A DNA stretch of 59,918 bases, the filler included, from Sphacelaria rigidula (lineage: Eukaryota): the NCBI GenBank assembly GCA_964200075.2. It is 9 parts of 9 records of this genome, joined end to end, with 100 filler letters (N's around TTAATTAATTAA, not from the genome) between each part and the next. Parts side by side here need not be neighbours in the genome. Positions count along the whole stretch, not along the records: positions 46,683 to 53,250 come from CAXNAA020019306.1; positions 53,351 to 59,918 come from CAXNAA020019307.1; 7 more parts are not named here. One strand, 5' to 3'. How positions within the stretch are numbered: position 1 is the stretch's first letter; every line of letters begins with the position of its first letter. A program made the translations under genes and the position numbers. Below are positions 48,401-59,918 of this stretch, one piece after another. The notes under the pieces were generated by a model that was not told the DNA's origin, did not search any database, and worked only from the letters and a program-made list of their open reading frames with translations.

Positions 48401-49799
48401 CCCCTCATCCCAGCAAACGCCTGATCTCAAAGTTCGGGGATCGGGAGAAGCATTCCCTCTTTATTCCGAAAGAAGACCATGTCTTCACTCATTATTGAAC
48501 CACTTGCGGGCTGACCGGTTTTCGGGGGTCCTGCGACTACCCAGCCCCAGGTTTTGACCCTTGAGTATTTTTGCTCGATTGAAGCAATCCTAATCGTTCT
48601 TGTGAACAAATAAAAATGGATGCTTGATTTTCTACTGATTTATTTCGCTAGAGCCTAAAGATGGTGTTTTTTCAAGTAGCGACGGTCGATAGCACCCTCT
48701 GATGAACGAGGTAATTACGCCGTACCACCCCGATAACACCAATTGGGGATTTGTGTCCTGAGCACGACCTGCTTCTCTTCCCAAATTCTATCGACGCTTG
48801 AACTTTCGAATGCTAGGGACGAATACCAGACGGAAATATTCGGAATAAAAACTCCTCAGAAAATGAAGTTGCGGAGGTGAACTAATTCCGATCACTCCCA
48901 TGAACGATTTCTCGTACGTCTATTTTTCTATTTTCATCTATCCATTGCGCTAGAGCCGAAAAGTATTTTGTCCTGGACCAAAAACGGCCGACAACACCCT
49001 CTGTTAATTCAGCCTGTAAGTCGTTCAGTATTGAGCGCGAGGGCGATTTCGTTTCGGTATGTGCCTAGTACCTTCCGATTCCCATACTTCTGGATCAAGC
49101 GTTCACTGGAATGAGCGTTGGCACGCGAAGAAATTGTTGAAAATTGCCGGCTACGAAAAATTACAAAAATCCCTATTTCAGCTGAATGCTACTGTATCGC
49201 TGAAGTACTCACGCACCACCTCCTGAAGAAAACCCAGTTGCTCTGATTGTAGCTGAAACGCCTTCCTATTATAAGTTGATACACCGTTGCCGCTAATGAA
49301 GAAGCTAAGGTAAAAGAGGAAATCGCGATAGTAAAATATCCCACCATTGTGTGGGACTATTCATAGTGTGAATAGCACAACCCTTGGCTTGAATGACGGC
49401 TGCTAGCGAGCCCTGCATATGTATGCAGTGCACGGTAAACGTTAGGCAGTACAGCGTGGTTTTGACACGATCGCAATCCAGACCGCAGAATGGAAATTGA
49501 CCATGTACTTGATGCATCAAGTGTATCTCTTGTGTTATAATAGCTTTTCAAGAAATATCCATCGCTTTGTGTGCACTGCGATCGGGGGAATTGGGCCGGA
49601 ATCCCTGAAAGGAGGTGGTTATAGAGTTGTTCTCGAATTGTGTGCAGAATCACTCCTGTGATCACGTGCTGCATCAAGTTCGTTGATTCCATGGTTCACC
49701 ATTTTTGGAAGGGTGGTAACAAAAGTGACACTAAGTTGGGTGGAACAAGCGGTGTGAAGACGAAAAGAAGGGGAAATATCGCAAATATGACGATATATA

Positions 49800-49942
49800 T
49801 ATTTTTTTGTTTCGAGAAGTGATGAAGACTGTGTGCTGTAGGGTAGACCCGGAAGCGGGGAAATTTTAGTTGGTATGCACTCTGTGACCACGGGTCCGAG
49901 AGACCGAGCAAGTGTGACGGATATGATAATAATAATAATAAT
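49800..49942 (+). mobile_element. RTE-type 3' end fragment with (TAA)n tail
   Basis: CTGTGACCACGGGTCCGAGAGACCG...(TAA)5 matches the RTE terminus CTGTGACCACGGGTTTGAGAGATCG...(TAA)4 at 34081-34131. The 5' boundary is uncertain. Confidence 0.65.
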
Positions 49943-52900
49943 GATATAATACTAAACCATACCACAATATTCAGGCTAGTTTCCCGGCGTTGGGCTGTAA
50001 ATGTTCATGATTGACACAATTTAACGAGTATCGCTACCCCTAACCCTAACCCCAACGCAACGCATACCGAGAACCCTCGGGCATGGGCGGTGCGTGCCTT
50101 GCCTAGGCAAAGTGCGACCTTGGTAGACCCCAAATCGGCGCCTGTGGCGCCAATTCTTCAATGGAAATGTGTTCTGCGCACGCGAGGAGCACACGAGACT
50201 GTCAGCCCTACTAGAAAAAACGATTCTCCTCGTACACACTCAAATCAAGTAACATCGACCACGAGCATTTGTAGCCCCACTTCGGTTAACTCTATACTGG
50301 AAATATGTTTTCAACACCTCTGGTATGGTTCGACAGAGTATGGAGCCCTTTTTCGAACACTTCGACATGGCCCGGAAGGATCTTTGCCGATAAACTACCT
50401 CTTTTATGTCTCTGTAAATACGCGTAAGAAACTCGGCCAGTATGCCCTACAGAACACAGCCTTGAATAGTTGCTCATCTGCTGGCCGCATGTCTCTCGTC
50501 CCTGTTGGTTCGTCAAGCCCTAACGATCTGCGCACAAGATGTGTCCGTGAGTCTGAACCCTGCTTGTTTCCTATCTAATACCAAGTTTACGCCCTTTTGG
50601 CCGCAAGTCTGGAGGATTTTGTTTCCGCCTATGGAAGCAATTCTTGATTTGATTTCTGAAGAAAACCAAGGATTTGACCCATGAAAGAGACCCTCGAAAT
50701 CTGTCGCGAACAAAATGAAATGCAAAATAAGAAGCTTGGTTGCTGTTTTTACTAAGGAAAAAAGGACCATAATTTGATCCATGACACGGGTATGACCGCC
50801 TTGAGCGATTAATGACATTCTTCTCTCATGCTGTGTTTGAAGAAAAGACGATGATATATATATGTACTACACAACGAGACCTTAAAGGTCATGATGCCCC
50901 ATGAAGAGAAAACCCCCGTTAGTTGCAGCGTCTCGTAAAAGAAATGGTTCCTTACCTGACGATCATGTCTTCGTTTCACAAGCCAAACCCCGGGAAAGAC
51001 TCCCTACTGTCGAGATCGTACTGTACAGAGTGTTGGTCATTTCGCTCGATTCGATGCAAGCTGTTCATAACAGAGCACACACATACCCCCGTGAATGACT
51101 ACGATGCATTTCTGACCGCGAGGTGGTTGGTGCAACCCTTTAGGCAGATGGGGAGAACAGCCCGTGCGGCTGCACTGGCACCCGTGGTTTGCGGGCGTGT
51201 TGGGCTCAGGGTCCTGAACACGGAGCTGTCGTAGTCGTGAACCGATTATATTGGTACGCCGCATTTGCAACACCGAGTACTCGACAGCACCTGGTGCATG
51301 GACTCCACAACGACGAGAACCTCAAGTACCCATGCCAGTAACGGTCTGGTACTAGTGGTACTCAGACTCGTGCTCAGGGCCCGCATACACCCGCCATACT
51401 GTACGAGTATTGAAAAATGCCGAGAAATTCCGGAGTACCTGGAGTATCAACCGGCGATTCAGCTTTGAACGTGGGCGCTATTATGGACACCCCAAATCGC
51501 GAAGCTGGATACTTTACCCTACCGTAATCTCCCCTTCTAAATGTCCCTTTTTCTTCGTCCTGAAAGGAATTCCTTGCTTGTGAGCAAACGTTTTCCAGAC
51601 ATCAACGACTCACGAGTGGATCTGTCTACTACCGCTGCATGTGTATATATGTAGCCTCCAGCAGCGAATAACACAGTTTTTAACGCCGCGACTTCCTGCT
51701 TGAGCAAGCATGTTTTTTTTTTCCCCATGAGCTTCGAGCCCCGCGGTCAAGGCGCCATGGGAGTGCAATAGCTGGTCGCGAGACAAATTTTCGAGACGCC
51801 TGTCTACATTCTTGCAGAAAAATGGCGGCCGTTCTTGCCGGTGCATGTCACGCATTCCCATGTTACACCGCCTCCTTACAAAAAAAGTACTACCCCATGT
51901 ACAACAGTCCTGAATGTAGTTTTTTTAGCACGAAATACCCTGGGGGAGTCGAACGTACACGGGAAGCTGTAGCCATCCGGACATTTTACTGTTGAACGAT
52001 CTCGCCCATAAACGTCGAAGTACGAACGTGAGCTACGCGTACCCCCATTTTTTTTTTCTCTGAACGAACACACCGCCAATGCAGCAAAAACGTAAAGTTG
52101 ACGTACCTCCACTCCTGCCGCCCGTCATCTATGTTGTGGCGAATGCTGAGCATGTCCAGCAGTCACCAAAAACCTGGCGGGGTACGTCAGGATGTCACTC
52201 ATCGATTTTGTCGTCGGTCTATGACTATTTCGGCGGGATAGCGTTGAGCGTACAGGTGGAAGAGATATATGATGCCGTAATACCCCGTTGTGAACGCACT
52301 GCCTAGTCTCACGGTTAGAACCCGCTTTTATCCCTAGCGACGGTGCACGGATGCCGATGAAGAGCTGCATCATTATTAAGATCCATCACGCTTCTATTAC
52401 CTCCGGGTTTTACCGTCTAATACGTACTCGGAAGGTCGAATGTGGTAGCAGGCGTGTTTTTTGGGCTGGTATTCACAGTGGATGGTGAACCAGTCCCGCT
52501 CAACCCCCGCCTAGCATCCATCTGTATACGTCGCAATGTCCCCCAGCTCCCCCCCCTTTTGCCCTGAAGTGATAAAAGATATGGGTTAATCAAGTATGGA
52601 GGTGGTGAAATGAACCGGAGTCCATTCAAATCGCAGTGTCGTGAGGTAGGAAGAGCTGGTGAAGTCACAGACGTGTTTGTGCGAAGAGAAAGTACCACGT
52701 GACGGGTGTGTGTGGAAGCGTCAATGCCCCCCCCCCCCCCCCCCCCCTTTTGAGGGTTGAGAGTTGGCGACGGTTGGCAACGACGCTGTAAAACACGCCA
52801 CTCACTGCGTAAGTTAGGGAACCAGCTTGCCATTTTTTTCTTGCGGTAACCGTGATGGTGGTCGAGCTAGATCATATCGTGCGGGGTGGGAGCATCTCAA

Positions 52901-52964
52901 CTCCGCGCAAAGGGGATGATCGTACTATTTACAGGGTGTTTGAACGATGAGACACCCATGAGGT

Positions 52965-53250
52965 AGTGTGTAACCCGTGGCTGTCTCTGGAAACTGACGA
53001 TGACGGAAAATGAAGCAACTCATTGTAGGCTGCCATCCATATGCAAAATAGTCAGTACGCGTAGGACCGAACAATCTTAATCTTAGCAGGATGCAGTTCA
53101 CCCTTCATGCGACTCGCCGAACAGACATATCACGGTGCTCCGCGCTTGATGATGGAAGCCTGGTTCGGCGAGAACCCGGCGTGCTCCGTCCCGGCTTCGT
53201 AGGGATGCGAGGTCAATGGTCATATGACTATGGGATGCAAGATCATAAGT
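52965..53250 (+). mobile_element. ~290-bp structured SINE-like element, copy 2 (runs into contig end)
   Basis: Colinear with 44537-44825: CCGTGGCTGTCTCTGGAA, AAGCAACTCATTGTAGGCTG, AGCAGGATGCAG, CCTTCATGCGACTCGCCG, GCGTGCTCCGTCCCGGCTT, GTAGGGATGCGAGGTCAATGGTC. Confidence 0.75.
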
Positions 53251-53350
53251 NNNNNNNNNNNNNNNNNNNNNNNNNNNNNNNNNNNNNNNNNNNNTTAATT
53301 AATTAANNNNNNNNNNNNNNNNNNNNNNNNNNNNNNNNNNNNNNNNNNNN
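53251..53350. other. Artificial contig linker
   Basis: N44-TTAATTAATTAA-N44. Confidence 0.98.
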
Positions 53351-53884
53351 CTGATTGACCGCTTTTCACTCTCAATCGTATCATCTACTCTCACTCTCAC
53401 GAAAATACTGTTCATAGTAGACTGAGACGTGAAAAAAAAAAGAATAATAAATTATTCAGCAGAAGCAAAGCACAACGTTATTATCGAGATTTTGTTTTTA
53501 GACGTTTCCGACTTGTCAGCAAACAAACATGCTGAAAAAAAAACCCGCCATATTTCCGAGTAATATGGAGTCAGTCGTGAATTGCTCTTTCTATTCCGTG
53601 ATCTGGTTGCAAAATATGATGTCACATTTTTCGCGGAGGAAGTATTTTTTCCCCGAAAGAAGGCGGAGAAGCCTTAATAAAGAAAGACCCGTTAATGACG
53701 ACCCCAAGTTAAAGGTACGATTCGCGCTATATATTCGACCTCAAACGGTACAGAATCACCCTACCGTCAATGACCTTGATGTACTTCTGTATTCGCGGTA
53801 TGTCCACTGCGCTGCACTGTGCTGTACCCAGCACAAGCTGTTGTCCAGTATTGGTGGATTGGTACCCCACAAAGCCCTAAAATG

Positions 53885-54785
53885 CTCGGTATTTCCGCAG
53901 TCGATACGCGGGTACTCTTTTATACTCTAGATATTGGGCAGTCGATAACTCAGGTACCCTGGAAAAAAATCAGGATTTTCGGCACGCAATACCTCGGGAA
54001 CTCTCGATTGCTTAGTGTACTGCCGAGAGCCGGCTCCAATTACTCCGATACACCCAGTTTTTCGGCCACCAATATTTGGGGTACTCCGGAATACTCGGTA
54101 TCTTCGACAATTGATACTCGCAGGTACTCTGGAATATTCAGTACTTTCGACAATCGATACTCCCGGTACTTTTGTAGTACACAGTACTCTCGGCAGTCGG
54201 TAGTGCGTGTACTGTGCAATATTCAGTATCTCTGCATGTGATTCTCCGTAAACTCTGGAATCACAGAATTTTTGGCAATTCATACTCTAGGTACTCCGAA
54301 AAACTCCGCACACGCGGCCATTTGACTACCCCCCCCCCAAAAAAAAAACGCCTCCGAAACAAGCCTTTGCAGGCCTTGAATCCCTCTGAAGGAAACCAAA
54401 AACTACCGCTCAGGAGGGCCGCGCACCCCTCCGGAGGAATTTGAGGGTTGCAAAATGCCTACGGAGGGATGCGTGGACCTCCAGAGGCAGAACATTCGTC
54501 CGGCGGGATTGAACGCCTCCGGAGCAAACAAAACAGTACTCCTCTAGAGGGCCGCTCACCCCTCCAGAGGCATTTAGTTCCTCTGGAGGCTCGAAGAATC
54601 GACCGCTCTGGAGGAATTTGGGTGGTAGCCAAATGGCCGCGGGTGCGTACGTTCGTCAGTCGATACTCCACGTACCCCAGGATGCTCACTACTTGCGATA
54701 GTAGATACTCCGGGTACTCTGGACTACTGTATACTCGAAATACTCTGACACGTCTAGAGTTCCTGGAGTATCGTACTCTACCCTG
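53885..54785. repeat. Degenerate TACTC-rich repeat region, interrupted by a MITE
   Basis: Recurrent GATACTC, GGTACTC and CAGTACT words on both sides of 54307-54647. Confidence 0.65.
54307..54647. mobile_element. MITE with ~24-bp TIRs and internal CCTCyGGAGG sub-repeats
   Basis: CGCACACGCGGCCATTTGACTACC matches the reverse complement of the right end, CGCACCCGCGGCCATTTGGCTACC. TA follows the right end. Confidence 0.78.
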
Positions 54786-55094
54786 AATCACCTTCGACGA
54801 GACCAGCTTGTTGAAGAACACCAAGTCGCGTGTTAACATTCAGCACATTCTTCCCAGACAGCGAAACCCCTTTATTGTTCCGTCGCGAGGGGCGCGCTGG
54901 CCTCCCACATCATAATCTACACGTTGAAAACCTTTTCGTTATCAGCAACCAGAACCCCCCGAATGACTGACTGGTCGTACCCCAAGTGCCTTTTTGGTCG
55001 TTTCCAAAATGCCTGTTTGGTCGTTCAAAGCTCTAGACTTTCAAGAGTCGTTTATTTTTGTTTTTAATGCTTCAATTTGTACCGCTTTGGACAG

Positions 55095-55874
55095 GTGGAT
55101 GCTTTCCGGGTGGACGGTATTCCGCATCTGGCCATGGTGAACTCCAAAGGGGACGTGGAGACGGCCATCGTTGGAGCTGTGCCAAAGGAGGTGAGCTGTG
55201 TGTTCCATATTACAGACCGCAAGGCAACAGTGTAGGTGGGGCGAGCGGCTACCGGAAGGCGTTTTCTCTCTCTTGTCTTCCGCGAATACCTGCATTTTCT
55301 TGAATGTGCACAAACATCTTCGGGCTCCTGTGTATTATCGATTATACGAAGATTCGGGACTTAACTGCTCACTTTTTTCGGTTCATCCGTTGCGGTGGTA
55401 TGCCCTAGGTGTACCCAGCTCACCAATAAAAGCGTTGGTCGCGGGAAGCGAACTTCATGGGCTGTTGTGGGTCTTCGTCCAAACAATCCCGGCCGTGTCC
55501 GGGTCCCCTCCTTGTAGCATCCCGAATCGACCAAGCGGTGGTCGGAAGTTATTCGTTGTTTTTGGTCATTCTCTTCTGACCCCGGCGTCGCCGCGGTTGA
55601 ATGTTCGAAGGTTATCGACGCATCACAATTTTCGAGCTTGGGAATCGTTGACGCGGTACGCGATTTTCACCACTGAAGGCTACTACTACGATTTCCAGTA
55701 CTCGTTAATTTGGGTGGGATGGTGATTATTGTCCTTGTTCGAACGCCTTCTGTGCAGGTGATCGTGGACGACATTAAGGCTCTGCTGGCTAACAAGGAAC
55801 TGCCGTACAAAGGGTTCGACATGTTCGAAGGGGAGAACCACAACATCGTGGGACAGGTCCAGATCGACGGATAA
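55095..55874 (+). CDS. HCF164: Thioredoxin-like protein HCF164/TxlA family, last two exons: join(55095..55190,55758..55874)
   Basis: CAG/GT-bounded phase-0 exons give VDAFRVDGIPHLAMVNSKGDVETAIVGAVPKE + VIVDDIKALLANKELPYKGFDMFEGENHNIVGQVQIDG*. V(D/E)GIPH...G..P...AL...(L/I)PY is the C-terminal pattern of HCF164/TxlA. The CxxC exon is not on this contig. Confidence 0.8.
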
Positions 55875-58748
55875 TGATCACTCAAATGCGCAATAATATT
55901 TTGAGGAAAACAGGGAGGCGAAGATACGAAAATGCTTCCTTTGAAGCGCCTATTGACGCCCGTAGCGTGCACTTGGCAGTATCGTTATTCATTGAATACT
56001 TGGCAAAGTCGATGTGCGCGTTGTGATGATTAGTAGGAATCAAGTACGCCTGTGTGCGCTCTTCCCGGTTCGGGAAGTGAACCGGAACATGCGCCACTTT
56101 TTTTCACAAACAAGGGGTAGCCTAACGCGTAAGCATGACGGGCATGCACAAGGCGTTGTTCCTGTTCGCGCCTACCATGAGGTATTTCTTCTACGCGTGC
56201 GTGTTTTTGCTTTGGCCCATGTCTCGACACCGTGGATTCCCCCCTCCCCACCCCTGTACATAACCGTTCATGCTTTGCCCGTGTGAGTACTATATTCAGT
56301 TTCCCCTCATCCACTGGCTTCTGTTGTAAGGATGAGGACATGAGGGACGGGTGCGAGGAGTGGTATGGCTCACAGGTTCATGCTCGACAAAATATGGAGA
56401 TGAGACTTCCACTTTCGTACTTATTTATTGTTGAGGGTACTCTCTCCTTACCCCCGCCGGTCTGCCCGTTAGCGTGGGTTCGAAGAGCGGGTGCCGGGCG
56501 TGAGGGTGCAGGAAGTGATGGCACTGTGCCGAATGCGATGTTTAGGACTAGTATTTCGAAGAGAGGCATGGTGATTTGATGCCGCGGCGTCGCGACCTTG
56601 TGCTACAGGGGAGCTCCCACTTTGAGGCCCGCACTGTCGTGCGCGGTAGAAACTGCGGCATTTTTTAGGCGGGACACGGTGTTGCCGTGGCAATTTCCAC
56701 GATTGGGGCATTCTTAATTGCTGGGCGGCGAGCGTGTGTCGGGAATGTCGGAGCGCCTCGAAGATGAGACCTCGACTGTGCTGCAGTTGGCATCGATTCT
56801 GTCGGTCGTGATGGTATTGGTCAGGCAGACTGATTTCTTTGCTCTGAATATTCGTACGCGATGTTTTGTGTGTGTACCCTCGCAAGCAGTAGTTGGGCGT
56901 ATATTGCTGGATGGGTCGGGAAAGTGGTACTCATTGCGACGATGGTGTCCAGTTTGTGCGGTGGTTTTGAGTCATTTGCAGGGCATTCCAATTTTGGTTA
57001 GTGCGGTTTTGAAGGTGTGGAATATGTTCGGTTTCTCTGCCGTTTTCGGTTCGGCGTTTTTTTTTTTTTGCGCAACGATTGCGTCCGTCTGATTTGTTTG
57101 TATCGATTTGGGTGCGATTTCGACGTGAATCAAGATGTGAGAGTGATCGCGTTTTAGCGCACGCTGCCGCGGAGCTGGTCAGGTTCGCCGACGTTCTCCA
57201 TCGCGCTCTCGATTCCTTGCTCTCCGACACCTCCTCGTGTGCCATGTAAATATTACGTCACGCTGAGGTTTTGTACACTATCGTCTTCAGTCCTGCAGTC
57301 GCAAATATATTTCAGCCTTTTTCACACATGAAGGAAAGTCTTTGCAACGATGGGATTGTCTTTGGGACGACAATGAGAAGTTTTTGTAATGAAGCAATAG
57401 GTGCCCCTTCCTCCGTCACTCCCGCCTGGTTCTGCCGCTGAAGAACTAGTGCTCCCCACAGCCACACGGTGATACGGGCACTGGCCACATAAACGCAGAC
57501 CTTGTCGTTAACGGCTATGGTATTGTGCGGCACGTGGTCAGCGACGGTTTCAATCTGCGAATAGGATCAAGGTGTATATACCATTTTTGTTCATGAAGAG
57601 GTATATCAATGGCCAAAAAAAAGGTATACATCGACGCCCTCCACATAACGGGCGTTACAAGTGTCTTTTTCACATGTCCACGTTCCTGACTTGTGCCGTC
57701 CGGTTTAAATATTGCGGTTGGAGACGGGTCCTGTTTCAGAGATGGTCATGTGAGAGCTTACCCTAGACGTGATCAAGCCTTGGCGTAAATATGACCAAAA
57801 TCGGCAACTGGTTATCGAGAACGGTGTGCCCAAAGACAAAAGATACGCCCAAGCATATCGTATCACTTTATACCATTGAAAAATGGGCATTCGGAAACCT
57901 GTGACCAATGGTGTGGATATACACCCTCCATCAGTTTTGCGATGTGAGCGTTTCTAAAAATACACTTATCCCGAATGTTTGCCCAAACGTTCGAAACATT
58001 CAAAATTTAGCTTCCGAGGCGAAAACAGGCGGTGGACGCGGTGGACATCTCATCGCGTCATGTATCGCCGTTCAAGAGTTGAAACTGAATCCTACACTGT
58101 GTTTAAATATATATATTTGACACTAAATTAATATTTACACGCACAGGTCCCGACTCGAAAATATGTGAGCTATGCGTGACCCGGAGAAGCGAGGTCGTGC
58201 CTTCAGCTGTGTATGGCAATGTTAAAGAATACACGCGCTCTTGGCCGACCCAGCTCGTGAAGCAAGATGAGCCCAAAGTAGCAGTCATGTACAAGTACCG
58301 TAAAAAAATTAAACAAGTCATACCACGGTAGGGTCGCACAAAGTAATTCTCAGGTTATAATTGTCAGGAGTCTCATATCTCATGCAAAAAATGACTTGTG
58401 AAATGTGAGAGCACGCCACGATTAGCACTCCAACAGGCTACAGGGTGGTACAGGGTGAACGCTCAAAAAATATTCACAGGCGAATGCCTTTTGCCTTTCC
58501 CGATACGTATCCAATATCCGCATACATGATATCATACTGACCGCCATGGACAACTGTAGAGGGTGACGTAGCCGGATGTTGGTTGAAGGCCATAATGGTA
58601 GCAGTGAGGGCGAAACTATACCTCGACCAATTGACAGGGGATTCTATAAAATGAGGTTGATCAATGAAATGAGGTTTGAGGAGGCTAGCCAGTATGCGAC
58701 AAAAACCTGAGGGAAGTACCGTCCGCAAGTGCCTTCGTTCATTTTCGA

Positions 58749-58813
58749 GGGGGCGGGGGCGTACTCACTTGTTGCTGGCCTTAGTCGTTTGGCTATTGAC
58801 CTTTCGAGACGGG
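58749..58813 (-). mobile_element. Fragment of the shared LINE 3' module (internally deleted)
   Basis: Reverse complement: CCGTCTCGAAAGGTCAATAGCCAAACGACTAAGGCCAGCAACAAGTGAGTACGCCCCCGCCCCC. Confidence 0.75.
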
Positions 58814-58884
58814 ACGTGGTCAATCAATGTGCGCAAAAAAGGCTTTACAGCATATTGACAATAATGAACAGTACTCGGGGTGAC

Positions 58885-59056
58885 GAAACCCTGTGAAGCG
58901 TACTGTGCGGCGCGAAAAAAAAGCCTACAGTGGAATCCCCGCGACAAACACTGCACAGTTTCCCTGAAACCCTGTGAAGCGTACTGTGTGGCGCAGAAAA
59001 ACACCCTACAGCTAAATCCCCGCGAGAAACGCTGCGCACTTTTTCCTGAACCCTGT
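58885..59056. repeat. Tandem repeat, ~81-bp unit, 2 copies plus start of a third
   Basis: GAAACCCTGTGAAGCGTACTGTG at 58885 and 58966; GAACCCTGT at 59048. Confidence 0.88.
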
Positions 59057-59478
59057 AGACGTGCCCCACAGGGTGCTTGCTATCTGTCCACGTGTGTAGG
59101 TAGGCAGCAGCAAACTGCTGTGTCAAGGTGCCCCTTGGAGCAAGATAAGTTTGGTTTCTGACAAAAAAAAATGCCCGAAAAACCAAAATCAATGGAGGTT
59201 TCACAGTGAAAAAATGTAGCAAAAGCCGAGTCGAAAAAATTTAGTTGCCAAAAAAAAAATGATTGGTCGATTTTTTTACCCAGAGCAGAAGCCAATTTCA
59301 CCACGAGTAAAATGAAATTGGGACGACTTGCATTTTGATATCTCGGATTGGATCATGACCAGCACGACTCCCGCACCGCGTCGACTGTCGTCAATTCAAC
59401 TCAGCAAAGTGCTCCTTCTGTACTATAGGAAGTGGTTCGAAATTGATCGCAGATGCGTTCTTCAGCGTTCGTGATGGG

Positions 59479-59620
59479 TTGACTGACTGATTGATTGATT
59501 GTCGTACTTAAACTGACCCCCCAGGGATCCAGCCGTGATCACATTATACACGTACCCAAGACAAAACAAAGCTAAAACACTCACTCAAGAAAAAGAAGAG
59601 ACGGAAAAAGTCGAACAGAA
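59479..59620 (-). mobile_element. Retroelement 3' end with (CAAT)n tail
   Basis: Reverse complement GTGATCACGGCTGGATCCCTGGGGGGTCAGTTTAAGTACGACAATCAATCAATC is homologous to 29350-29395 (+). Confidence 0.65.
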
Positions 59621-59868
59621 CAACATAGTATACTGAGACGTAAAAACGAAAGTCAAGAAAAGTGTACTACTGTAGTATACACTAATATACACTGTAGTAT
59701 CTCTCGCGCTTCCCCAAGTGTGGTACACAAACGGTAACCATGATGAGTGTTGGAAACCGAAACAACTGAAAAAAACATTTTCAAGCGAAAGCAAGAATGT
59801 GTTTAAACGCTCACTAGTGAAACACTTTCGGTAAAGGGTTCCCGGTTTGAGACATTAGCGATAGTGGA

Positions 59869-59918
59869 GGGGGGGGGGTGTACTCATGATCATGCCTGCC
59901 ATAGTCATCAGACCATTG
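59869..59918 (-). mobile_element. Fragment of the shared LINE/SINE 3' module ending in poly-C
   Basis: Reverse complement: CAATGGTCTGATGACTATGGCAGGCATGATCATGAGTACACCCCCCCCCC. Confidence 0.7.

Noticed and set aside
52994..53012. CTGACGA...GAAA as a hammerhead ribozyme core
   Set aside because: There is no stem II between the motifs, and they are not conserved in the 44537 copy.
52965..53250. SRP (7SL), RNase P or RNase MRP identity for the ~290-nt element
   Set aside because: The size and a TGTAA / AGAACCCGGC resemblance fit, but I could not find SRP helix 8 or a P4 pseudoknot conserved in both copies.
7570..55874. Apparent cluster of plastid Fe-S/redox genes (SufE-BolA, HCF164)
   Set aside because: They lie on different contigs separated by artificial linkers.

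Overview
Eukaryotic, repeat-rich genomic DNA. It is probably from a brown alga or another stramenopile, inferred from a signal-peptide + Phe plastid-targeting presequence and long GT-AG introns. The window is not one locus. It is nine unrelated contigs (six of 6569 bp, three of 6568 bp) joined by artificial 100-bp N44-TTAATTAATTAA-N44 linkers. Host genes recognised by manual splicing are a complete 4-exon plastid SufE-BolA fusion gene (7570-12946), two exons of an ACL5/thermospermine-synthase-like aminopropyltransferase (2712-4477), the last two exons of an HCF164/TxlA-like thioredoxin (55095-55874), and orphan exons of an unknown gene (17836-19443). The rest is mostly mobile DNA: a decayed LINE (1-2481), a Ty1/copia element, a near full-length RTE LINE, several MITE/foldback elements, a tRNA-derived SINE head and tandem arrays. 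The most interesting signal is a conserved, base-paired ~75-nt 3' module ending in a C-run. It is shared by the contig-1 LINE, by short truncated insertions (one with a clean 15-bp TSD) and by a ~290-nt structured SINE-like element with no tRNA head, which suggests a LINE/partner-RNA system priming at G/C tracts. A second set of retro-tails shares a GACCACGG motif but ends in different microsatellites. No database searches or folding programs were run; family names come from motif recognition.
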